From Malacoraja senta (lineage: Eukaryota): DNA of 44,752 nt. Below, piece by piece: positions 24,301 to 35,287 of this stretch. The translations under genes were made by a program, and so were the position numbers. Under the pieces are notes generated by a model, which was not told the origin of the DNA, ran no database searches, and worked only from the letters and a program-made list of their open reading frames with translations. Numbering within the stretch: position 1 is the first letter of the stretch; the number at the start of each line of letters is the position of its first letter. The stretch is from contig JAXLNO010001097.1 of assembly GCA_038087875.1 (NCBI GenBank), forward strand, positions 186,001-230,752, read 5' to 3'.

Positions 24301-25702
24301 AAATATGTGGATTTCAAATATGTTTGAAACATTACACCTAGAAGAGATAAGACTCCTCCTAGCAGGTAAACCAGATCACTTCCACCTGACGTGGTCTGCA
24401 TTTATAGAATTATTACAAACATAGGGTGCAAAAGTACTTTAAAAAAAATAAAAAATTGTGGTCAGGTAAGGGGGGATGATAGTTGAAGAGTTGGTATGTC
24501 CTATTTACGTAATGCTCAAAAAAAAATTGTTTTCTTTTTTTTTTTTTCCTCTCTCTCTTTCTCTTTTTTTTCCTAGGGCCTATTTCTTAACTCTTTTTCT
24601 TTTGTTTTTAATTTCGCTCTTATAGGGTCTTCGTCCTTTTTTGTTGTTACATTTTCTACACTTATCTACACTTTCACTTTTTCCTTCACTTTCTTCTTTC
24701 TTTCAATCTTTTCCTTTTCTAGTGTAAAAAAATAAATAAAGGGAGTACATTAATTGTAAGAAGATATAAATGACGAGTATTAATGTATGTGGTTGTAATG
24801 TAATGTACTTCTAATAAATAAAAATTTAAAAAAAAAAAAATTTTTAAAAGAAAAAAAAGAAAAAAAAAAAAAAGAATTTGTCAAGAAGTAAAAAGCAATC
24901 TGATCTTTCATAAACTTAATAAAGTTTAAGTCTTGAAGCAAAGTAGCATTAAATCGCCATTGTTTAGCACTAAACTTGGAATCAGGTAGTTTGATCAATA
25001 GTTTCACTGGTGCATGATCAGAAATAGCAATTGTATCATACTCACATGCAATGACCGATGGAACTAGCCGAGAATCTAGTATAAAATAGTCGATCCTAGA
25101 ATAACTATGATATACATGAGAGAAAAATGAAAATTCTTTGTCATTTGCGTGTAAGAATCTCCAAATTTCTAACATTCCCGAGTCAAGTAAAAAAGAATTA
25201 ATAAAATTAGCTGATTTATTTGGAAGCACATGATCAGATGTAGACCTATCAATCGAGGGATTCAAACAGCAATTGAAGTTTCCACCCATTATTAAAAAGT
25301 GTTCATTTAAATTGGGAAAGGATGCAATTAACTGTTTAAAAAACTCAGGGTGATCAATATTTGGTGCATAGACATTCACCATATGACTTTTTGCCTATAA
25401 AGGACACTGGTAATCACCAAGAATCTGCCATATGGATCAGAAATTGTTTCATGGTGAACAAACGGAATTGAGGAGTCAATAAAAATAGAGACTCCTTTCA
25501 CCTTAGCCTGTGAATTTGAATGAAACTGCTGTCCTCTCCAAAACTTGAAAAATCGTGACTTGTCATCTTGCCTTACATGAGTTTCCTGAACAAAGATAAT
25601 CTGAGCATTTAGTCTGTGAAGAACTTTAAAAATATATTTCCTCTTAATGGGATGGTTCAAGCCATTCACATTTCATGAAAGGAAATTAGTAACTTTATCC
25701 AT
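21359..25702 (-). pseudogene. L1 ORF2p (APE endonuclease plus RT), multiple stops and frameshifts, split by the nested L1
   Basis: FLS*NVNGLN, FVQETH, NVYAPN, GGNFN, SRIDYF, SDHAPV, KAPGSDG, SLDAEKA, GTRQGCPLSPLLF, LYADD, CARHTLIQFK, HMFWSC. Confidence 0.92.
24284..24872 (+). mobile_element. 5'-truncated L1 of a different family nested in the L1 ORF2
   Basis: ORF2 C-terminus (PTINMWISNMFETLHLEEIR...TWSAFIELLQT*), 3' UTR, AATAAA and poly(A). Perfect 16-bp TSD AGAATTTGTCAAGAAG at 24268-24283 and 24873-24888. Confidence 0.93.
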
Positions 25703-26284
25703 ATTGCTTGTAAAAAATCATGTGGGATGTAATGGGTTAATTTCTTGAAGCCTAAAAGTTCATAATACTGGAAGAAGAAAAATCTAGGGCGGAGCCAGAA
25801 GTGACGATATTTCAGCCAATTTTGTAGTTCAGAAATTGCACAAATGGAGATCACAAAATAGGGAACAAAAGACCCCTCCCCCCTCCCCCCTCCCAGCCCT
25901 GTAGAACCCCAAACTGACCAAAAGACAGTCAGCAAACTACCTAATCCCCTCCCCAATCCCATCTCTCCCAGTAACAGCGCTCAGCATAAAATGAATAATA
26001 TTTAACCACTACGTCATAACACATTTGTTATTATCTCTTTGAGAGAGAGAAGGAAAAAAAATACAGACTGGCATGGAATGATGCTTATTATTATCCAAGG
26101 TCAAGATATGAAAAACAAGAACTGCGTTCTCTTAGTTTGTCCAACGACAGGGGAACACGAATTAACAAAGAAATTCTTAAAAGAATATATATAAAAGAAA
26201 AACAACACGTCCAGTTAAATTCTTAATCATTATCAAACGAAATGTTGTCAAAATAGGAACAGTAAATCTCCAATTATAACTTAA

Positions 26285-27168
26285 TCAGCTATCAATTACT
26301 CCCCTTCCTCGTCGTAGCTCTTCAGACGCAGCTGGAGGCGTCTTGAGGACTGTTAAAAAATCGAAAGTTACCATTGAAAAGCCGAATACGCAATCTAGCT
26401 GGTGATAATAAAGCTGGGCGCCGTTTTTCTTATATAAATCAGACATTACATAATAAAACGTCTTTCTTATTTCCAAAAGCTCGTAACTATAATCAGGGAC
26501 AAACCGAAACTTACATCCTTCATATTCAACCACACCCAAATTTTTTGCTGCCTGGAGAATATTCTCCTTCATTTGAAAAAAATGAAACCAAATGATCAAG
26601 TGTCTCGGTTTATTACTGGATTTCTTCCCAATCCTGTGTGCGTTATCCATGAATGGAAGGTTTTCATTGTGCTCAATGTTGAATGTTTCCTTTATCATTT
26701 TAGAAGCATATTTTATAACGTTATTTCCTTCTTGGCCTTCCGGCAAACCAACAATTCGTCAATTCAAACGATGGCTTCTGTTTTCTAAGTCCATATTTTT
26801 AGACTTGTATTGCTGAAGTGCTCGAGTGTTTTATTCATTCTCCGTTCCAATTTTTCAATCTTCAAATCTCTCTCCTGTCCCAGGGTGCACAAGATATCAA
26901 TTTGATCCTTTTGTTCACGAAGTTCATCTTGTAACAAAGACAGTTTTCCTTGGACTTCCTTCAATTTGGTCGAAACTCCTTTCACCATTTCTTCCAAACT
27001 GCCAAATCTTGATTTCATTTCATTTTTCAGCTCATTTTTCAATTCATCGTTCATTTTCGATATTGCTTCTATGATGCTGGAATCAGAAGCTGCAGCTGTG
27101 GTTGTGGCTTTCCCCGGTTCCTTCTTTGGGGATCCTCCTTTCCTTCTTGTCTCCATCCTTTTCACCAT
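26285..27168 (-). pseudogene. L1 ORF1p (coiled coil plus RRM), disrupted
   Basis: MVKRMETRRKGG...coiled coil...GMPEGQEG...DNAHRIG...PRHLIIWFH...FRFVPDYS. Confidence 0.85.
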
Positions 27169-28500
27169 TAAGGCGTGTAAAAGTGTTATCAACACTTTAT
27201 GAACAGTTAGACGGTGTCTTGAAGTCAAATAGTCACCAGTAACATTGAACGAGTGGTCAGTGGAAGTTAAAAGTTAAGGGAGCAAACGAGTTTGCAACCT
27301 TACAGCATGCTGCCTTACACAAGGAGAGTCTAGTTATTGACATGTTATTGATGTTCATGATTATTCTGTTCTTTGTGCCTGGCCATTTTGACTTTGTCAC
27401 ATTTTACTTGGTTTATGATATTGTACAAGATTTGCAATCACACCTCCCAATTGACTAAAATTATCCCAATTAACTAAATGCCTACTATGGCATTTAAATT
27501 ATTGCATTATATTCAGTGCAGGGTAGAAGCTGCAGTTTTTAAAAAGGGCAAGTTTTTATTACATACTATGTGGTGTGTGCCTGGAAAGCACTGCCAGGGA
27601 TGGTGGCGTCTGGGGTGCACCTTCGTGGGTGCATGGAAATGCAGGGGTTTGAGGGACATGAATCATTTGCAGGCAGATGCTGCCGAACTGGTGTCTGTCC
27701 GACTGATCTGGAGGGATCTGATGGTCAGGCAGGGAATATTTCCAGTGACCCAATGGTGCTGAGTTCGTTGAATTTTACAGTGAATGGGAATGCCCCTGTA
27801 ATAGAGGAACAGGTCCTTTGTCCAACAACGTTTGTGCTGAACATGACGCAACCTGAGGCAGAGTGGCGCTGCTGATAGAGCTGCTGCCTCAGTGCGTCAT
27901 ACACATCAGATCAATCCTAACCTCGCTTGTCGGCTGTGTGAAGTTTGCATGTATTCCCTATGACCGCATGGGTTTCCACTGTCCTCCAGTTTTCACACAC
28001 TTACTAAAGATACCAGGTTTTATGGGTTAATTGGTCTCTGTAATTTGACCCTAGTGTGGAAGCGAAAGTTAGATAACATAGAACTTGTGTGAACGAAACT
28101 ATTTGAAGGAGTATTGAGTTTTTTGTTTAGTTTAGAGAGAGAGCATTGAAACAGACACTTCGGTCCCACTGAGTCCGCACCAACCAACGATCACCCACAT
28201 AAGCTAGGGACACAAGTCAATTAACCTACAAACCTGCACATCTGTCTTTGGAATGTGGGAGGAAACTGGAGCACCTGGAGAAAACCTATGCAGTCACAGG
28301 GAGAAGGTACAAATTCCGTACAGACATCACCCGTGGTCAGGATCAAACCCAGGTGTCTGGCGCAGTGCCTTTATATCTGGAAGGAAGATGTTATGTGGGA
28401 TGAATCAACAGTTAAAGCGAATAAACTAGTTGCATCTTTCTGAGTTCTGTTCTCTGCTATGCCATTTCTTTGTTGTCTAATATTTAATTTCCCTCCTCAG

Positions 28501-28598
28501 ATTATCAAAATATTCAACCAAAGCAGAACGTGCACTGCTAACCAATCGCTGAGTAGAAGATTTCATGGATGTGATTAAAACGCAGGAACTGAAATAAA
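28501..28598 (+). CDS. Candidate terminal (cytoplasmic tail) exon of the MHC-like gene
   Basis: Strong acceptor TTTCCCTCCTCAG with an upstream TCTAAT branch-like motif. Phase 1 gives xYQNIQPKQNVHC* (stop 28539-28541); AATAAA at 28593-28598. The linking exon is unresolved. Confidence 0.45.
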
Positions 28599-29518
28599 TG
28601 GAAAGATTTAAATTAAGTTTATCAAACATGACAGAAATTCTCAATAGACTGCCCTGCATTTATACAAATTAGAGCTATCTAGCAATTTATGTTGATAACA
28701 GCTGATATGACTGAGGCCTCAATTCCTTTACTGTGCTTATTCCACATAAGACACAATTCCCTGTTCTTTTAGAATATATCCACGCATTATCCATCAATTC
28801 ACCACCACATCATGCCTCTTTAATACATTCATAAGGTTAACTCTGTTTCTTGTCATCTCCAAGGGACACAGAACCAGTGATTTCAGCCATTCATGGTTAG
28901 GCAACACTTGCTTATTCCAGAAATCTCTTCTAGCTGATATCAAATATTAATATATCCTTTCTTAAATTTGAGGACCAAGCTGTGCACAGTGCTCCTGATA
29001 TGTCCTTAGCAACATCATGTACCATAATTACAATAGTAACCTACCTTTGAATGTTAATCACCTTCTGAGTTGTGTGCTGCATCTACCTGCTGGCTTTTTG
29101 TTTTGCACTTTAAACACTTGAATCTCTTGTACTCCACTCATTTGCAATCTCACTCCATTTAGATAATAGCTTCTTTTAATTGCTCTTACCAGAGTGTGTG
29201 AGCACATATTTTCCATTATTAAACTCCATTTGCCATGTTTATGTTCATCTAACAAAGAGTCATAGAGCCATATAGCATGGAAGTAGGTACTTCAGCCTAA
29301 TGCTCCAAGCTGAACAAGATGCTACATTTAGGTTAGTCACATTTGCCAGCATTTGGCCCACATTCCTCTCAACATGTTCTATCCATGTACCTGTCCAAGT
29401 GTCTTTTCAATGTTGTTATTCTGCCTTCGCTGGCAGCTCATTCCATACACCCAGTAACCTCTTAGTAGAAAAGGTTGCCTCTCAGGTTCCTACTAAATCT
29501 TCCTCCTCACCTTAAACC

Positions 29519-30158
29519 CAGGGGTGCAGTGCTGCCGGAGCTCACCTGAGCACCGATCCGGCACCTCTGTTAAAGAAAAAATAAACAGGGTGGAATTTTA
29601 ACTAGCGGATGTGTGGTCGGGGTAACCTGATTAAAAGAGGGGTAAGGGGAAGATCCATCACTACTGAGGTTCCCTGTAGGAGGAGGGGAACACTATGATG
29701 CAGCAGAGACAGACCATGTGATGTGTGCATCGTTTGTGGTTGTGGGCCTGGAGCTGAGCCTGGAACTCTGGTGGGTGGATGAGTGGGTGGGTGTGTAGGT
29801 GAATGGGTGTGAGGGTGAGAGTGTGTGTGTGTGTGTGAAGGCCCAGAGCTGTGGGATAGTCAGGGCGAGTCGGTGTCTTGCCAGCACCTCTGTAAAAATA
29901 CATGATAACAGTCTTTTTCTTTACTTGCTTCATAATTATATTTCATGATAATCAGTGAGTGCAACCGTGCAATATTTTGTCATAATTAAATTAAGTATTA
30001 TATGTTTTAAAGTACTAGCTATACACTGGGATGTAGTAATAGGCTATAATCTTGTTTGACCCTCTAGGGAAACTAGCTTGCCCCCCCCCCCCCCCAGCAA
30101 AATCGGAAATGCCCCTGTTTGACAGCTCCGACACCTAAAAAATTAGCATTGAACACTG
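29519..30158. mobile_element. hAT-type MITE (640 bp) with an 8-bp TSD, inserted in a CR1 remnant
   Basis: CAG...CTG termini with short imperfect TIRs; CTTAAACC at 29511-29518 and 30159-30166. Confidence 0.8.
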
Positions 30159-30991
30159 CTTAAACCTGTTTTTGCTGGTTCTTGATTACCCTACCCTGGG
30201 TAAAATAAATCCTGATCAATCGCCCTCATGATTTTAGAAAGCTCTCTAAGCACCAATTAAATGGTTTCAATTATAGATAGAGTAAGACTTTGTGGTTATT
30301 TCCAACAAGAAGTTTAGACTAAAGAAAGGCCAGTGGAAGTACTTGGTCAAACAGCATCTGTGGAGGCAAATGACATATACCAACATTTCAAGGCAAGGCA
30401 CTGCATTAGAATTGAAGGAGAGGATGGGAAGATTCTAACAGTTTGAAGGAGGAATGGGGCAGAGGCTGGTATGTGGCAGGTGGAATAGTAAGATTAAACG
30501 AGAACTTACCAAGTTTGAAGTTTGATCTTTATTTTATGAGGAGTAACGTTGAGGGATTACGTGAAGAAGCCCCGTCCAGCCGCACACGCGTCAATCTTTC
30601 AAAGCAGCGGAGTGACAATCACAGACGATAATTACTGAAGTATGATAGTAAGATGCATAAAGACTTAGAACTACCAGCTTGATCCTTTTATGAGGGTGGG
30701 AGCGGAGGGCACGTAATCCCTCAACGTTACTCCTCATAAAATAAAGATCAAGCTTCAAACTTGGTAAGTTCTCGTTTAATCTTACTATTTTACTTCGGAG
30801 TCACGTGAGTGATTACGTGAAGATTTCAAAGCTCTGTGATTTCACACCGTGGATTCAAATCCAGGTCTTCACTGCATCGATTGACTCTTATTTGAGTAAG
30901 CACAATCAACAATGCATAACCACAACATTTGAATGTAATCAGTTAATGGTTTTATTTATTTTAATAAAAGTAACAAAATTAGGCCCATTTA

Positions 30992-31931
30992 TTATAATGG
31001 GGGATTTAATACTGTATCCCGCACGGCATTACCAAACCCTCTGAGATCTTTAATCTCCTTGTGGTAATACTTGTGAAACATCTGTTCACTTGCCCATCCT
31101 GCGGCCGCGAGAATAAGGTCTATTGTCTGAATCCCTGGCCGCTGATGTTGATGCCGCCCTGGTGGAATGAGATTTAAATTTATCAGTATCAATACCTGAA
31201 TATCTCAACACCTGTTTCAACCATCGTGAAATTGTTTGTGTTGACACTTTCTTATGAGGCTTTTTATGACTAATAAAAAATGCCAATTCGGCGCCTCTTA
31301 AAACTTTTGTTGTTTCTATGTAACATTTCACATATGTTACTACACACAGTCGTGGATCTGTAGGATATGCTAAAAATTCCAACTTGCATCCTGTGAACCC
31401 AGGTCTACTTTGCTTCAGTAAATCATAGACATAGAATGTCACGGCATTTTGCCCTACTTTCATTCTATCAATTCTGAGTTTCTGTAATGTGTGAACTCTC
31501 TGTGCTGAAACTAATGCCATGAGCATAACCAATTTCATGGTAATTTTGGATAATGACAGAGTTTCAACTGGATTCCAATTCCTTAGGAACATCAGTACAT
31601 CTTTTACATTCCAAATTTCTGTATACCTGGGTCTGGGAGGATTAGAGTTGAAAATTCCTTTCATAAACCTACAGACCCAAGGATGTGCTCCAATTGGAGT
31701 TTGTTCTGATTCACTGCTTAAATATGCAGAGAGTGCACGTCGTGCAGTATTAATTGCACTATAACTTAATTTCAATTCATAGTGTAGAGTTGAAAGAAAC
31801 TCTATTACATCTGAAATTTCTGCTGTGTTATATGCAATATTCTTTCCTGAACAAAACACCTCCCATTTCTTTATATAGGAAATGTACTGCTTCTGGGTAC
31901 TATTCCTCCAGGCTGCTGTCATAACCTCCAC
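30992..31931 (-). pseudogene. DIRS tyrosine recombinase, frameshifted near the C-terminus
   Basis: SAQR (R), HSTR (H-x-x-R), then AAAGW and KYY in the adjacent frame (ORF 30992-31192). Confidence 0.92.
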
Positions 31932-31969
31932 CGTACGGTCTGATAATCCTTTTCCAAGATATGCCTTCT

Positions 31970-33960
31970 TAGAATCTGCAAATCAACAAACCAATACGAT
32001 TATGTAAAGGATGTGATTCATTAGTCACAGGGTGTACAAGCAGTTTAATCTGCTTTGGAATAACCATAAGGGGGGTTTTGGGTTTTTTCCCCCCATTTTT
32101 AACACCAGTGGATACCACACGTGTGTAGGCCAATCTGGTACTACCAAAATCCCTGAGGCTGAATCTTGTTTAATTTTCTGTATGCATTTGTGGATTAAAC
32201 AAAATGGTGGAAACGCATACAGAAACATACCACCCCAATGTAGCGAGAAAGCATCCACCACTACTGCACCAGGATCAGGTTCCCATGACACATACTTAGG
32301 CAACTGGTGGTTCAATCTTGATGCAAACAGATCAATTTCTGGCATTCCAAATTGTGTCATAATTTGTGTGAATATTTTCCGATTTAACATCCATTCTGTA
32401 TTATCATTAAATTTATGTGATCTTTTGTCTGCAATTGTATTAATTTTTACCTGGTAAATATTGCTGACAGCCACATTTTTCTGGCAATACCCCAGGTCCA
32501 AATTTCATTTGCCAATTTATCACATGATTCTGATTTTATACCACCCATGTGATTTATGTATGCTACAGCTGTAGTATTGTCAACCTGTACCTGAACATGC
32601 ACATTTCCCATATCAGTGCAATAAGCTCTAAGGCCGTAAAATGCGCCTAATAGCTCTAGGTAATTGATTCCCAGTTTTTCCAGCAAAGGTACTTCATTCA
32701 CATTCCACCTACCTCCACAGCTGGAAATCATGTTAGTAGCGCCCCAACTCAGCGCACTTACATCAGTCTGTCGAGTGACGGAAGGTGTTTCTACCAGAAC
32801 TTTTCTGGAAGCATTAGAAACATTGTTAATCCACCATTCTATTTCTGTAATGGATTGAATTGTTAATTTCATGGGCCTATCAAAATGCCCTCTATTCATT
32901 TTTAACGCTTGTACCTTAGCTCTCTGTAAACATTGATAATGCAATGGTCCAAACGTGACCGCTGGAAACCCTGCAATTAATTTGCCTAGCAAGCTTGCCA
33001 CTTCTCTAATTGAAGATGTGTCCTCGTTAATGAGTTTTATGCAACCTTCAATTAACTGCAGCTTTTTATCTTTTGGCAAAGTGATTACCATGTGTTCGGA
33101 GTTAATTGTGAACCCTAGGTAATCAATCTTTTTGCTTGGTAACAATTTAGATTTTTGTAGGTGAATAATGAAACCTAATTTCTCAAAATGTATTTGACTG
33201 GATACTGACAATTTTGCAGCAGCCAAAGTGTCCCCTACAATGAGGATATCATCTAAATAAGCCATTAATACATGGCCCTCAGCTCTTAACAGAGCTAAAA
33301 TTGGTTTGAGCAATTTAGTGAATAATCTTGGTGCTGAAATCAGACCATTGGGCAATGCTTTAAATTGCCATAACTGACTCATCCATCTAAATTTCAAATA
33401 TCTTTGATCATTACCATGCATTGCCACAGAATAATATGCATTTTGCAGATCTATGCTTGCCTTGTAGCAATTCTTTGTGACTAGCTAAATGGCATTAGTA
33501 AATGTTTCCATTTTGAAATGTTTCTATTGTACATAAAGGTTAAGATTTGTCAGATCGGAAATGATTCTACGTCCACCATCCCTTTTCTAGGAGAATATTC
33601 CTAGGAGAATATTTGACACAAACTGATGGTGTTGTTCTACTGACATTTATATCATCCTTTTCTGCATAACATTTTTCAATTCTCCTTTGATCTACCCATT
33701 CTCTTCCTTTGAAAAAAATCTGTGACCAGTTTGAATTATGCTGAATTGGAGGATCCAAAAGTGGAGAGAACTCAATTTTGAATCCAACAATGCTACATAG
33801 AATAAATGAATCATTTGTTATTGATTGCCATTCTTTTAGGAAGAATCGTAACCTTCCCCCTATTTGTGAGTGTGAAACATTTGTTGTGTTTCTTACCAGA
33901 CCAAGCCCCCTAACCTCAGGGTTTGCCACCGGCAGTTGTTGTCCCCTTCTAGTAGGCACA
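31970..33960 (-). pseudogene. DIRS pol: RT, RNase H and Dam-like methyltransferase domain
   Basis: GGRLRFFLKEWQSIT; KASIDLQNAY; FKALPNGLISAPRLFTK; AYLDD; RH motifs TDVS, INYLELL, DNTTAVAYIN; MT motifs IDLFASRLN, DAFSLHW, YAFPPF, LVVPDWP. Stops and frameshifts are present. Confidence 0.93.
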
Positions 33961-35287
33961 TTGTAACCTCCACGTATCCTCGGTGCAGCACGTCAACGTG
34001 TATACGAGAATGATAGGATTGTTCCTTCTCCAGCACCACATTTCGCCTGTAGGGATACTGCCTTCTCACCGCTCTCCTCAGCATAGGTGATCCTTTAGTT
34101 TCTTTGTTAGATTTTCTCCAAAACAGATTTAGGCATTTGTATATTGGATGGTTTGCAGAGCCTGCATACTTAGGATGAATATTTGGTCTTATTGCATTTT
34201 TATGAATACAATTTATTTCAAAGTGCGCACTACACATGAGTGCTAAGGCATTTTGTTGTGAATACGATATATAACCTTCATCCAAACCACTGACCCCAGA
34301 AATTTCAGCACTTGTGTAATTTCAATTCTTGTGAGCGTAAACCACTGCTCAAATTACCCATATCAAGTTTATTCACTGCTGTAACTGCTACAATTTCCCG
34401 GGTCTCATATTTTTTTTGTCTCATCCATGGTTAATTCCTGGGGCTGATGGGAGAGTAGATAATTTATAGTCATAGCTATTTCCTCTCTCAAAGGTTCCCC
34501 TGTTACTCTGGGAACAGCAAAGTTTTGTGCCAGCCTTGGAACATTTGTGGCTCTGATAATGGGCTCTGGTCCTCATTTAAATCATCATCTAAATTTAAAT
34601 ATTCATTTTTATGTTGGGTAATTTCTGGCTCCCCTGTTTCAGGTAAGTCTCTGCCAGATTCCCCCTGCGCGGGCTCTCTTGTAGGCCCACGGACAGGCAG
34701 CCCTGCTTCAGGTGCTGCTGGCGCTGGCTCAATTCTAGGCCAACGCTTCATTATTTTTACACTTTATATTTGTCGGTGCTGGCACATTTATCATTGCACG
34801 TTTGTGCTGCCTTTTGTTCAGGCATTTCTAGTACTGGCTCTCCAATAGGCCAACACATAACTTGCCTTTTTTATGGCATTTTTGGGCACTGGCTCTCCTG
34901 TAGGCCAACCTCTTTAACGTTTCTGCACAGGCACTGATGGCTCTCCTGTAGGCCACCCTTGTGCCTGTTCCAAGGCACCTCCTGTGCTATACTTCATTGG
35001 CCAACACCGACTTAAATCCTCCTGTGGGGGTTCTTTACAAATCATCTGCCCCATAAGGAGTTATAACGTTTTTGACCCTTGCAGTGTAATACTCTTTCCT
35101 GCCTCAGGTGGGCATACCTCCGGGTCTGACTCATCCGAGTCTACAGGTCGAGCCGATTTTTGCCTTGCGCCCGCCCGCGGCGGTTTAACGCACATTCGAC
35201 CACAACTGGAGTTAATGGCTTCGCTGCCACTGACTCCCCTGACTGACACCCGCTACCCTTAGGATCTGGGGTTTTACTACGGTGCAT
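33870..35287 (-). pseudogene. DIRS gag-like ORF1, degenerate
   Basis: Occupies the position upstream of RT, starts MHRSKTP, and is broken into several frames. Boundaries are approximate. Confidence 0.55.

Larger units (their letters stand above)
20878..27330 (-). mobile_element. Full-length fish-type L1 retrotransposon, degenerate, antisense within the MHC intron
   Basis: Contains a 5' UTR, a coiled-coil/RRM ORF1, a ~600-bp inter-ORF spacer, an ORF2 with APE, RT and Cys domains, and an A-rich 3' UTR with AATAAA near 20895. No TSD found. Confidence 0.92.

Noticed and set aside
20870-27345. TSD for the full-length L1
   Set aside because: No matching direct repeat was found, and the CR1 on the left does not resume on the right, which suggests a flanking deletion.
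30992-32330. Phage integrase plus Dam methylase as a horizontally transferred prokaryotic island
   Set aside because: Both are standard DIRS1 domains, lying next to RT/RNase H and inside DIRS termini.
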